From contig CAXHJY010000724.1 of the NCBI GenBank assembly GCA_964016885.1, positions 1 through 64,000 on the forward strand: 64,000 nt of DNA. The letters are read 5' to 3'. This document shows positions 1 to 13,166 of the stretch, in pieces (the first letter of the stretch is position 1; each line of letters begins with the position of its first letter). The notes beneath the pieces were generated by a model that made no database searches, was not told the origin of the DNA, and saw only the letters and a list, made by a program, of their open reading frames with translations. A program made the position numbers and the translations under genes. The stretch is from Eledone cirrhosa (lineage: Eukaryota).

Positions 1-7
1 ATCCGCA

Positions 8-39
8 GTTGAAAAAGTATATAATGCTGAAACCGGTAC
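8..39 (+). ncRNA. Degenerate minimal hammerhead ribozyme-like motif (U3-A8 core variant) near the 3' end of an insert cut by the window edge
   Basis: TTGAAAA (9-15), stem II AGTAT-ATA-ATGCT, GAAA (29-32), palindromic ACCGGT, then A. Stem I has only about 1 bp. Same architecture as the motif at 36375-36413 and lies about 140 nt upstream of a microsatellite. Confidence 0.45.
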
Positions 40-177
40 CATTATTAAATGTAGAAATATGCACTTGATAAATAAATGTTTTGATGTTATACTGAGAGAA
101 TCTCTTCAGCGTTTTCTACTAAAAAATTGTTTTTCCTGTCTACTATTTGTTTATATATATATATCAACTCGTGTGTT

Positions 178-180
<3 letters not shown>

Positions 181-255
<75 letters not shown>

Positions 256-311
256 ATCTATCTATCTATCTATCTCTCTTTCTCTCTCTCTCTCTATCTC
301 TCTTTCTCTCA

Positions 312-367
<56 letters not shown>

Positions 368-389
368 GTATCTCTCTCTTATATATATA

Positions 390-441
<52 letters not shown>
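181..441. repeat. Compound microsatellite (TC)n(TA)n(TATC)n
   Basis: Directly visible. Confidence 0.98.
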
Positions 442-448
<7 letters not shown>

Positions 449-770
449 ATACGTCAGATGAACACGATGATTACGAAAATGATCACGACGGTGAAGATGA
501 TACAAAACAGACGAAAAATGCATGAAGTTAAATCATTTTATCGCTTACAGATTTTTTGTTATTTTAAGAACGTAACTATCTAGTTTGTCATACATCGTGT
601 CACGTGACTCACAGTCCAGTTAGTATGTCAGAGGCAGTAGCCAAATGATTTTTGCCGTATGAAAAATGATCTGCTAAAAACAATATATCAGTTACAAGTC
701 TGACAATGAAGAGTAAAGCACCAGCAATACACTGGGATAATTGGTGGCCTTGCGCAAAGGTAGAAACAAT

Positions 771-950
<180 letters not shown>

Positions 951-1829
951 GTATACGACGACATGTATAGCGATAAATAATACATTTATATACAGTTATA
1001 TACGGCTAGTCTCGCTGCCGAAGAAAGATATATTTCCGTAACGAAACGAAAATGAGTCGAATCGAAAAAACTGTATATAATCGAATTATACATATTTATA
1101 TATGTCTACATATAAACCTCTGTATGCTTTAATCACTGTCGTCGTGACATTTCCAATATCTAACCAGTTTTTCTTGCACTATGTGCAAATGACCACTTCC
1201 AGCCGATATTTTCTATTCTCCTATATGCAAACGTGCAGCTTCAACAAGTGATCACCATGCACATGTCTATATAAACTCTAATATGCTTCATGCCACTATG
1301 TTCTAAGTGGCTGTCACTGATAAAAGATTGAAACATATTGGAACAGGTGTGTCTAACTTTCTCATAAACTGAATATACTGGCAAGTCTATGATATATTCA
1401 TAGAGTAAAATAGGGGGAAATAATTCGTTTCGTTAACATTTCTTTACGGGAGAATATTTGTTTTCGTCAGCGAGGATACTCATATGTTTATTGTACATAA
1501 ACGTATCATATATATTTATAAGTCTCCTCATATATATCTCTATTATGCTTAAACGCTGTCCAAGTGTTATCGTTAATTAAATATATATATGTGTGTCAAG
1601 CTATTTGGCGGGGGTTCCAATAAGTCTAATACCATTATTCTTCTAGTTGATAAGAGCATTTTAAATTGTAGTTCTTGTTAATCATAAAATCACTTATTTT
1701 CACAAAAAAGTCAACTATGCTATACACCCTTATGTATGTGCAACCTTATTGTATCTATTTAACTGTATATATTATCTTAACTACTGTTGATGATGGTATA
1801 CTATTGATATATGCTTATTTACTATACTT

Positions 1830-2313
1830 ATATACTATACTAAATGTTATTTACTATCATACTAAACAGAATTAAATTACTATGATACTATATTAAATTG
1901 AATATTCCATCAAACTATACTAAATTTAATATACTATCATACTTTACTAAATTTAATATACTATCATTCTCTACTAAATTTAATATACTATCATACTATA
2001 CTAAATTTAATATACTATAATACTGTACACAATGTAATATACTATCATACTATACTAAATTGAATATACTATAATACTGTACAAAATTGAATATACCATC
2101 ATACTCTACTAAATTTAATATACTATCATACTATACTAAATTTAATATACTATCATACTATACTAAATTTAATATACTATCATACTATACTAAATTTAAT
2201 ATACTATCATACTATACTGAATTTAATATACAATCATACTAGACTAAATTTAATATACAATCATACTATACTAAATTTAATATACTATCATACTATAATA
2301 AATTTAATATACT
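1830..2313. repeat. 27-bp minisatellite, about 17-18 copies, consensus TACTATCATACTATACTAAATTTAATA
   Basis: AAATTTAATA recurs with 27-bp period (e.g. 2111, 2138); no unique spacers. Confidence 0.93.
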
Positions 2314-2974
2314 ACAAACGTGTAACTAATTGGTTAACTATTTAGCTGTATTCTCAACAAAAGACTGAGATGTAGTTAAATACCACACTCATCTATTTTT
2401 CTAGAATGAATAGAATTGTACGTCATAACGGCAGGTGATACACGAAAATGACTTGTTTAGTTCAAAAGCAAAAATATAGTTTTGATTACTCTATCTGAAA
2501 ATAGAAACATGGCGATGTGCAGAATTTGACAAGTAGCAGTTAAGAAATACTACGAGTATCTAAGTGCATTATTTACTACTTTTACATGTTTTGCACAAAT
2601 TCAAACTCAGATGCGAAAGAAGGGAAGTCTGCCAAAGAGAAGCTCAATAAACCTAATGCAAGACAATTATGTTTCTCTTAATTTGAATGGAAAACCATTG
2701 AAATATTGCTGGATACCCGATTGGGAGAAGACAATACGTTTATCTTCTAGCCTCTAGCGTTTGTATTCAATGATATGACAGTCGATTGAATTCTATAATA
2801 AAACCATCACATTTTTAGAGTTTGTATTTCGTTGTATGTTTGTTGACAATTCTGTCGTTGTCTCATTTCTTCTAACCATTGATGCAATTCTATGAAATTC
2901 GCAACATGATGTGACTGTTCATTATATATTGTTTTAGTTTGGAAAACCTTAAGCAAAATTTTAGTTTAATGACA

Positions 2975-3028
<54 letters not shown>
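2975..3028. repeat. (AAT)n tract at the 3' end of the Tx1-type LINE
   Basis: Directly visible. Confidence 0.98.
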
Positions 3029-3029
<1 letters not shown>

Positions 3030-3271
3030 TTTTCTTTATTAACCACAAGGGTTTACATAAAGTAGACGTTAAGGACAGCACAGGATAATACAGGACGGTA
3101 CAAATGGGCATTTCTGCGTGTAAAAAAACAGAGGATGTAATAAAAATAACAATGAAAAATTCCCCAATAGGGGGGAGACTTCCGAAGGACATTTGTGGAG
3201 AAAGCCCATTAAAAGGCCACAGTGACCTGACCACCATGGCAAGTGCCCTCTCCCAGTTTTCCACATTTAAT

Positions 3272-6200
3272 TTAAAGAAACATACTCAGAGTAGGCCCAT
3301 TCACTCGGGCCATTCTTGCTTCTCTCACCCATTTTTCAACAAAATGCTGGGAAGAGGGCACTTCCCTCTCTACCTTGATTTCCCTTTTCAAATGAAATTT
3401 GAAAAAGTCAATGAGGGCATCACCGAAGAGGTAAGTGCTCGTCTTCAGCCCTTTCAAACGTGTCCACCATACTATCTGTTTCGCCATGGCCACCAGACAG
3501 ATAAAAACTGCCTGGCCTTCCCGGCTAAAGAAGACGGACTCAGCTGATAGCTGGATCCCTCCCACACGCGACAGCAGGTGTTCGACATAAACCCACAAGT
3601 CAGCAATGCTCGGACACTGGACGAGTGCGTGCAGGACGGTTTCGTCGCCCAGCGCGTCACGGACATGCCCGGCTGACGGCACCTCCATGCCTGTAGAGTT
3701 TATCCCGAACTGACAAAGCTCATCGGTAGCACTGCCAGGCCAGGGATTTCTGGAAGTTGTCTATAGGCCCCGGCCCGAAAGTTCTTCAGAAGAGATTGGC
3801 TAGTTGATTTTCGTCGACGCCTAGAGTTTCCTCAAGTACGTGGTCGCTCTTCCCCTCCACTAATCCTCTATAGAACGCCAAGGTAGAGTTTCCACAGATC
3901 ACATTGCCCGATTGGTCGAGGGTTGTGAGCGCCTGAAGACATTCCAGTCCCCAAGCGCTCCCTCTCGGTCTTTGCTGGACACAGGACTGCAGTTCCGTCA
4001 AGGAGACGAGCTGGGGAATGACGCGTCTAGCAAACGGCGACCACACCTGATCACCGTCGAGGAAGATGTGGAGATGTCGTAGCCTGAGCGCGTGTCTGCG
4101 TATCATCAGCCACGGCATTCCCAGCCATCCATGTAGCGGGTATTGACAGCAGATGGACCGCCTGATCATAGGAGCGCGCCCCTTCCACAAAAAGCGAAAG
4201 AGCAAACGCTCCAGCGCAGACATGCGGGGATTAGGACAAGGTACGACTGTCAGGCGGTAGTAGATGGCGGACGCGATATACGCGTTAGCCACATCCGCTC
4301 GATCTTTCAGGGTATAGCTTTGTCTTGGCCCATTTCTGGGTGAGTGAAGCCACCCTGCTCGTCACCTCGTCTCAGTTTTTGTTTTTTTCCGTCTGGAGAT
4401 CCTGACCGAACAAGAGCCAGAGCAATTTAACCGGTCCGCCGGCCAAGCGACCGACGTCGCTGTTGGACGGCATGGACCTACCTCTCCACGTGCCGAGCTG
4501 CAGGCCCACTGACTTTTCCTGGTTGATCATTGCTCCTGTCACCCCTACGTATTCTCTTAGTGTAGTGCCGATCGCCTCGATGTGTTTGGCGTTCGACACC
4601 ACTACGGTGACATAGTCCGCATATACTGACAGGGATCTTCCGCATCCTAGTTCGCGCGAGACTCCCTCAACGTCTACAGTTTGTGCAGTAATGGCTCGAG
4701 AGTCAATACGTACAAAAGGGATGAGAGGGGACATCCTTGGCGGACCGAGCGCATGATGTTGTACGGTTCCGAAAGGTGATCGTTCACTATCACCACAGAG
4801 CAGATGTCGCTGTGCATGGCAGCGATACAGCCTCTGAAGACGGGCTCAAAGCCAGCCACCCTCAGGACTGCTGCGAGGAAACGATGTTCGACCCGATCGA
4901 AAGCTTTCGACTGATCTAACTTGATCAAGGACCCACCCGTGCCAGGTTCCCTAGTTACCCTCTCTACCATGTATCGTATGAGGTGGAGGTTGTCGTGGAT
5001 GGATGTGTCGGGAATGGCGTATGTATGAGCCTCTCCCACCAGACCACCAACGACAAGCGCCAACCTCTTTGCTAGCACCTTGGCCAAAATCTTGAACTCT
5101 GTGTTTAGCAGAGTTATGGGCCTAAAATTATCTATGTTATCCCCCTTTTTCGGATCCTTTCTCAGCAGCGCCACAGCTCTTCGACTCACAGAGCTGGGAA
5201 TTCTCCCTTTCTGTTGCCAGTTGCAGTAGACGTCCACCAAGAGGGCTCCGAACAAGTCTGGCATCTGTTCGTAAAGTTCTTTGGGCAGACCATCAAAACC
5301 AGGCGATTTACCCATTGTGCAGCCAGTCATTGCTCCCCGTACTTTAGCGGCTGTTATCGGCTTTTCTCAACACTCCCCCTCAGTGGCCGAGAGCCGCGGC
5401 AGTCCGTCGAGGTAGACACTAAAGTCCATCCTTCGATCCGGCCCGCCGCTGCCCCCGAACAGCTGAGAGAAGTGTCGCTGAAAAGCTTCACACATTTGCC
5501 CAGGATCGAGTATAATGCGCCCATCGTGGTCCACCAAAGACCGGATCGTGGCTTTGTTGCTACGACGCGCCTCCGCCGCTCGGCCCATTGAACGGCTTTC
5601 GTCCCCTCGTGTCTGAGAGCACGCACCCTAGCTCTGACAACGCAGCCTTCGTGCTTTGCATTGAATAATTTGTAAAGGGCCAATTTCGCCGCAAGTACGT
5701 CGGTCGTGATGCCTTTGCTAAGCGCCTCGTCTAATTTTCTAACTAATTCTCCCTCTGCTCTATTTTTCTCTATTGCTAAAGCCTTACTAAACCTAATGGA
5801 CTCTATTCTAATTGCTATTTTTAGAGCAAACCACCACTTGATGTTGACGATGGCCCCCGTCAACGCCCGCTTAACTAGTTCGCTAATCCGATCTATGTAG
5901 GCCTTGCTCGCTGGTAAGGACGCGTTTAGCTTCCAGTAGACGGGTCCTCATCTATTAAGCCTATCTAAGTCAAGCACACATATCACGAATTTTTGGTCCG
6001 TGTAGCTGACTATCTTGAATTGTGGACAGCCTATGCTAGACCTATCTATTTCCCTACAAAACACTATATCTAGATATGATCTGGATGACCCTATGCGATT
6101 TGTCCAAGTCCACTTTGGTACATTCGGGAAATCCAATCGGTACCTGTCAGACAGTTCAACACGCCTGAGCAGGTTGGTGAGACACTTGCACCGTCCTCCA

Positions 6201-6673
6201 CTATCCGCAAATCCCACACAGTCCAATCGTGCATCTAAGATCACGTTCCAGTCGCCCAGTAACACTAAAGAGCGGGACGTTTCAAGAAAGGTCTCCAGAC
6301 GCCGGAAGAAATCAGGCCGCCCTGCTCCTGTCGGGGCATAGATGGCCACTAGCCTGAAAGCTTGAGCGTCTCCGCTGGTCACATCTAGAACAACCAACTT
6401 ACCTTGTGGTTCCAGGAAGATGGCCCGTATGGCGAGATCCAAACCTCTCCGAAAAAGCACAGCAACTCCTCCCCCCGATCCCGGACGGCTAGGAGATGCG
6501 TACACATAGTAGCCGCCGAAGATCGGCGCGAAGGCCCGTGCTTCGGAGATTCTGGTCTCGCTGATGGCCACTACATCTATGTTTATTGACCTGAGGTCGT
6601 TGAGCAGGTGGTCCTGCTTCCATGACGATCCCAAGCCACGCGCATTTAGGCTGCCTATTCTGAGTGAGGTCAT
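3272..6673 (-). pseudogene. LINE ORF2 (APE endonuclease + reverse transcriptase + C-terminal domain), broken by stops and frameshifts
   Basis: 5948-6673 APE motifs (SLNARGL, ISET, IYAP, LGDWN, SYLD). 4674-5330 RT (KSPGFDG, FRPITLLN, DQSKAFDRV, RQGCPLS). 4372-4734 YADY. 3272-3688 ETVLHALVQC. Confidence 0.92.
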
Positions 6674-6987
6674 GTTGAAATGGAGTGGAAAAGATGGGAA
6701 AGACCACTTACCTTACTTCTCGTATAGGAAGGATGGTTTGACCATCCTTTTCACTGCTTGTGGCCTCCTCCGGAAGGATGTCCTTATAAATCCTCCTTTA
6801 GAGTGTTTGTCGTTGTCGGAAATCTCCGATGTCTTTGGGGATTTTTTGCTTTATTGTCGTGTACGTTTTCTGTGTGATGCGAGCGATTTATATGTGTGGA
6901 GGTGGTGTGAACTTTGGGGTTGTGTAGTCTTTTTATGTGATGCTGGTGTTGTGTGCATGTAATGTAATAATTGGTTGTTGTTCAAAT

Positions 6988-8632
6988 TTAATGCTGTGTA
7001 GTGTGTATCGTTTTTGTTGTGGGTTTTGTTTGCGTTTGTTGTGGGTTTGTTTCTGTTACGCTTTTTAGTGACTTTTGTGGTGTTGGTGATGGTTGTGTTG
7101 GGGTTAATGATGGTGATGGTGTTGGTGTTAGTGGTGATAGGGTTGGTGATGCTGGTGTGGATGGTGGTATATCTGTCCTAACTTTTTTGTTTGATAATTT
7201 ATTTGTTTCCCTCGGTATTTTGTTTTTGGAGAGGGAAGGAAGAGAATGTTTTCTTTTTCTTTCTTTTTTTGCTTTTTTCCTGATTCCGTTTCCCACTCGT
7301 CGCCGTCACAATATGTCTTCAGTTGCGATAAGCCGAGGAGTGGAAAATCCTCCACATGCGTTGGTTTTGGTTGTGGCGTGGTGGATGGTGTAGGCGCTGG
7401 TGCCAGTTCTGGCGCGTTGGGTGGTGGTGGTGTTGGTTTTGCTACTGTTGCTGGAGTTGTTGCTGTTACAGTTGTTTCTGTTGTTGCTGCTACAGTTGTT
7501 GCTGCCATTTCTTCTGCTGCTGGTGTTGATGGTTGACTCACTGGGGTGGGTAAGAGAGGTGGCTTCAACCTTTTAGCTTGTAGGCAGAAAGCCCTTAGGT
7601 GGGTTCCTTCACCACAAACGACACACCTAGGCCTTCTGCCCTCGACGATTACGGTGAGGTGGCTGCCGTCAGTGAGGTCTATTACCTCTGGGATCTCCTC
7701 AATGCTTTTATGGTCCGCTTGGATCAGGAGCTCAATCCCAGATCCGGACCAGTTCTCCTGCTTTTCTTTCGCTATTTCGATTATCTTGGTGTTGGCCTCG
7801 ATGCCGGCGAGGATGGCAGCCATTAGCCAGGGAATTTCGATGGCCGATGGAACGTGGGTCACCCTGATCTTCACAAGTCTCTGGCCACAATAGCTTGGGA
7901 CGAGTGTGAAGTTGTCACTTCTTAATGGGGCCATGGATTGTTCTCTGGCCTCCTGTGGTGTTTCAAAGAACACGTCCACGGTTCCATATTTCTGCCCACG
8001 TCTGATGTGTGTTTTCCTTTGCCCACGCATGTCCCAAAACGTTTTGGATTTGGGACTTGGATGCCCGTTCCACTCGGCACAATTTATGTTAATTGTCCGA
8101 TAAGACACGGTCCATAGGCGACGATGCTCCATTTTATTAGATGGGTGGGTGAGGCTGACCCTGTACCTATCTTTATTTACCATTCTTTTGGCTTCGTCTA
8201 ATTCCTCCTGATTTACCTGGATCGCTTCGCACATTTTTGCTACTCTGGCAAAACTCAGGGTAGTTTTCTTAATATCATTATTGTTGTTGTTGTTATCGTT
8301 ATTTTTGTTATTGTTAATTTTAGTTTCAGTTGTGGTTGTGGCGTCAGTGGTGTTCCTGTGGAAGAGTTCATTTTGGTTGAATTCATTTCGATATCACGAG
8401 TTAATTTATTTTTTTCTTTTGTTTCTGTTGTCGCTTTGGTGGTGGTAGTGGGGGTGGCGGCTTTAACACCTGCAGTCATTGGTAATGGCGGGAAATGAAT
8501 GTCTGGCTGAGACAAATTTAAAATATTGCTACTGCTTATATTTTTAGTGTTGGCAAACGTAGTAATATTTACAATGGCGGTGTCGGTGTGAGGTGTTAGT
8601 TTGTGAGGAAGGAGTGACTCTGAGTCTTCCAT
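6988..8632 (-). pseudogene. LINE ORF1 (gag-like nucleic-acid-binding protein with zinc knuckle), frameshifted
   Basis: 7128-8234 contains VIVEGRRPRCVVCGEGTHLRAFC (CX2CX4HX4C) and a Pro/Thr-rich tail. Flanking ORFs 8255-8632 and 6988-7296 look like out-of-frame continuations. Confidence 0.8.
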
Positions 8633-8846
8633 GATTTTTCAAAGAAATTTGTTTTCTTTGATAATTATAAAAAGTTTAAATTTTGAGCTCAAGGCCCCAA
8701 TATTTTTGAGTGTCCTTTTCAGAAGTCAATGTATGTGCACTTATATACAGTTAACAAAAAAAATCTCCATAAATGGCAATTTTAAACAACTGAAAATAAC
8801 AAACATTTGCGGAGCTCACGATGATACGATTTACTACGTAGGTCGC

Positions 8847-8885
<39 letters not shown>
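8847..8885. repeat. (TAA)n tract between the Tx1 5' end and an R4/Dong fragment
   Basis: Directly visible. Confidence 0.97.
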
Positions 8886-8886
<1 letters not shown>

Positions 8887-9780
8887 GGGGATGTCCAAGG
8901 AGGAAATAACATCAAAGAGAAAGAGCAGCCTTCAGGAAAAATCCCTTCATAGTACCTTCTTTGAGAAAACTGAATTTAGAGATCCACAGACATGGAACTG
9001 GTTGAAAAGAGGAGACATTAAAAAGGCTACAGAAGGAATGTTAATGGCTGCGCAGGAGCAGGCCCTCAAAACGAAGTGGTTGAAACACCACATTTACAAG
9101 GAGGAGGCTAGCCCACTGTGCAGGATCTGTGGAGAGAGAGAAGAGACTGTGGCTCACATTGTATCCGAGTGTAAACACCTAGCCCAGACTCACTATAACG
9201 GCTGGAGACATGATGTGATGGGCAGGGTTATCCACTGGCACCTATGCAAAGTAAACAATTTACCACATTCTGAGAAGTGGTATGAGCATAAGCTAGAGGC
9301 GGTGATAGAAAACGATCAGGTGAAGGTGCTGTGGGATTTTAGGATACAGACGGACAAGAAACTGGAACACAATAGACCTGACCCGGTGGTTTTGGACAAA
9401 GAAAAAAGATCGTCCCTGATTGTGGATGTGGCCTGCCCATTCGACATGAGAGTGCAAGAGAAGGAGAGGGAGAAAATTAACCGATACTAGGACTTAAGGT
9501 GGGAGGTAAAAAAGGATTTGGAACTGCCATGAAGTCAAAGTGATCCCGATTGTCATAGGCGCACTAGGGACTATCTCAAAAAGTTTCCAGGGATGGTTAA
9601 AGAAAATTGGCCCCTTCACGCTTTTTGGAACGCTTCAAAAGGCATACTTGCTGGGAACAGCAAGAACCCTCCGATACGTCCTGAATATCTGAGGCTGCAG
9701 GTAGTGGCTTGATATTCATTTCAACAAACTTTCGGGTTAACTAACATCAATGACTGAGACTCAAAGTGTAATAATAATGA
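8886..9780 (+). mobile_element. 5'-truncated R4/Dong-type LINE, family A (zinc knuckle + restriction-like endonuclease)
   Basis: ORF 8891-9490: CRICGEREETVAHIVSEC, RHD, NRPD..D..D..K..Y. Ends in (TAA)n. Near-identical to 63024-64000. Confidence 0.88.
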
Positions 9781-10329
9781 TAATAATACTTATTATTATT
9801 ATTATAATGATAAAGCCACATCATTTTGTGCGTAATTCTGTGGTAAATCATGATATTAATATGATCGATTACTGCAGCATAAACGGTGACGGCAACAACA
9901 ACAGGAACAATATTAACAAGACAATCATCAATATTAATTATGTGTATGATAATATCAACAACAATGATAATGCTGATGCTGATGAAGATTGATATTAATA
10001 ATTATGAAAATAACAACAATGGCAGCAAGAGCAACAACAAAAACACCACCAACAACAAAAATGAATAAGGATAAACAGCCCTGCACATCAAACAATTACA
10101 ACGGCATAAACACCCGTTCTCCGTCCACACACACCCACCCACCACCACCACCACTACCACAGAAGCATTTGAAAAAAATAAAGCCTTTAAACTAATAATA
10201 ATAATTTCATCATTTGCCACACAGGGTACACTTTAAGACGGCACAAATATCCTTAATGGTTATAATGATAATAGGTGTCGCATAAACTGTCCTAATTAAA
10301 TGAAGGTCTCACGTTATAAACAGTGGTGT

Positions 10330-12010
10330 TAGAGCAAATTAAAATTCACTAATACTCGTTATGAATGCTTAAATGTCGAACCTAAATAATTCAAATAGCG
10401 GTGAAAAGGAAGCCGACGAGAGATCCCTATCCGAGCAGCAGTGATCTGACTTACATCCATATGCTATTGGAGTTGGAGAAAGAAGGAGGAATGAGGCAAA
10501 AACTAACTGGACGAAATAATTGAATACAACTGCAATGAAATGTTATCTGAAAAGTGATGCCACTAAGAAAGGCTCTAGGAAATTAATGCATAACATCTGG
10601 AAAGATATTAGTCTATTTAAATCCGATGAACAAAAACTAGCGACTCAGGCTCGTGTAATAAGTACTAATAGATGGTTAAGCGAAGTAGAATTGGAGGAAC
10701 TGAGAAGAGAGATTAAGCTGGAAATGCAAATGAGCTTGTAGAAAGCGGAATGAATCAGGAAAATGAGGTGGTTTGGTGACCCGAGGAAGAAACTGATGAA
10801 GACAATGATCTAAATGTTGTGATAAATATCATCTGGAGTAAAGATACGGCTATTAAGAATACGAACGCTGACAGGGTAGTGCTAGATTTTGTTGATAATC
10901 TGAATTTAGTGGTGGATGAAATGAATAAATAATAATTAATAGAAATGACAGCTAAGATAATCAAGGTCGGCCCATACATTGAGGTAAAGAATCTTTACTA
11001 ATACAATATACTCAAAGTAGTCACAAATGTAGTGAAAAGATTGCTTGGTATCAACACGAGGGAAAACAGACAAGCAAGGTGACAACCTTGGTGGAAGAAG
11101 CGGTTGAATGGTCAAATCAAGGAAATAAGAAAGGCCACCAGAAAGCTTGATCATTTATCAAACGTGACATTACAAAACATAGTTGCTAAGGATGAATAGA
11201 AAAGGAAATTTAACACAAAGGGAAAATGCTAAATGTTATAATCGAGGAACTAAAGCAACATGCCATAGACAAAAGTGAAAAAGTTAAAATATATGAGTTA
11301 GCCAATATAGACAAAAGCGCATGTTTGAAAACACCCAGATGTTATATGAACCGCTTGAAGAGGAGGAAAGAGGCAACTATGGTATCTCTGAAGCTGAACG
11401 GATCAACATATTTTGGAGAGGGATTAGGGAGCAGCAGAGTTAATTGAGACTGTTAATGAACGAACTTACCAACCCTTTCATTTTAGTATCTCGGATGAAA
11501 CTCTTAACAAGCAGGCCGATGTATTATGAAACTGGAAATCACCCGGTCCTGATGATGTACAAGGATGTTGGATTAAAAATATAACGTCTCTCCGATGACC
11601 ACGATTAATGACTGCTTAGTGCCGTGTGAAGTAACGCAGGGGTTGGTAAATTATACCTCGGTTATAATAATGAAATGCCAAGTCAAGAGAAATGATATTA
11701 CCAACACTAGTACTATCACATGTCTGTCATTTATGGGAAATTGCTAACAAGCATTATATCTGAGGGAATTTGGCACCACCTCGACATAAAGAACTTATTG
11801 CCGGAGGAACAGAGAGGGTGTCGAATGTGTCCCGTGGTATAAAACCACTTACTTATTGACAAGAGGATAATAAGGAACTGCAAGGGAGTCATACTGATCT
11901 TGCCTTGTGATTGATAGATTACAAGAGTACATTCGACATGGTTCCTCAATCATGGATAACCAAGTGTCTGGAAATCTTCAAAGTGGCCGACAACATAAAA
12001 CTGCTATTAA
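10330..12010 (+). mobile_element. Old, highly degenerate R4/Dong-type LINE (N-terminal region to RT)
   Basis: Fragments KLATQARVISTNRWLSEVELEEL, PWWKKRLNGQ, WKSPGPDDVQG, LPEEQRGC, IDYK.TFDMVP, KCLEIFK across several frames. Confidence 0.75.
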
Positions 12011-12067
12011 TTAATAAGAGGGGATCTTACAAAATGTCCAAAATGTTCGTGTCGGTATGAACAAAAT

Positions 12068-12215
12068 AATAATATGTGCTTCTACTTTTAGCACAAGGCC
12101 AGCAATTACCCAGTACATTACTAGTACTTTATTTTATTGAACCCGTAAGGATTAAAGGCAAAGTTAACCTCGGTGGGATGTGAACTCAGACCGTAAAGGG
12201 ACGTAACTATGCATG
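12068..12215 (-). mobile_element. tRNA-derived SINE (partial)
   Basis: Reverse complement of the GAGTTCAAATCCCGCCGAGGTTAACTTTGCCTTTCATCCT core seen at 28617-28690. Confidence 0.8.
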
Positions 12216-12895
12216 GAACAAAATAATAATAATAATAGCAATAATAATAACAATAATAATTACAACAAGAATAGCAAATTTGTTGATGATATAATTAGAA
12301 ATGTACTTCATTTAATATAGCTATATAATTTTCATTATTTCATATCGCGAAGGAATGTGCTAAGAACAAACAGGATTGTTTCGACACATTTCCCACGCTT
12401 TTTAGACATTTGCAGAAGTCGGATCATTTAGCATTGACAACAATTTCACTGAAGAACACTACATATTGTAGCATGTGATTAGTCATGATTATATATAATT
12501 CAGTTGCATTTACTATCTTAATTCTCTCTTAATTAAAATAGCTATATCAAAACTTTAGGTCATGCTGCGGTTTAAATGAACACATATATGTGGGCATGCG
12601 GTCAACGAATTAGCAAAATCGTAAGAACGTCAATATTTCTGCATATAAATTTATCAATTCTTCTGACTCTTTTTTTACTCTTTTAATGCAAGACACCGGC
12701 TCAAATCAGACCCGGAGATGAGAGTGCCATCATCAGTCTTAAAATAAACCTCCAATAATTAGGGGTCTATACATACAAATATGCATTCATAAACCCATGC
12801 ATAGATATGTATGTTGAAACATATGTACAAGCATTTCATAAATACTAAATAAAAAAAGAAAATAATAAATTGGTAGACAAGGCCTATACTGCAGC

Positions 12896-13166
<271 letters not shown>

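Larger units (their letters stand above)
3029..8846 (-). mobile_element. Apparently full-length, disrupted Tx1/L1-clade non-LTR retrotransposon (about 5.8 kb)
   Basis: On the minus strand: 5' UTR, ORF1 with CCHC knuckle, APE, RT and C-terminal region, then AATAAA just before the (ATT)n tract. Flanked on both sides by (AAT)n. Confidence 0.92.

Noticed and set aside
59-583. ORFs made of YI/SL/RE/CV/HT dipeptide runs, here and throughout the window
   Set aside because: Stop-free translation of dinucleotide microsatellites; no coding evidence
1005-1480. Weak inverted similarity (about 1005-1050 versus 1425-1480) with CTGACGA/CCGAAGA..GAAA
   Set aside because: No convincing stem II or stem I; too degenerate to call a ribozyme
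1830-2313. CRISPR-like periodic repeat
   Set aside because: Contiguous tandem units without unique spacers; eukaryotic context; no cas genes
2600-2760. Possible host exon (CAG|ATGCGAAAGAAGGG..)
   Set aside because: No recognisable protein motif or partner exons; cannot be supported without transcripts
3104-8103. Plus-strand ORFs inside the Tx1 element
   Set aside because: Antisense shadows of GC-rich LINE coding sequence with no recognisable motifs
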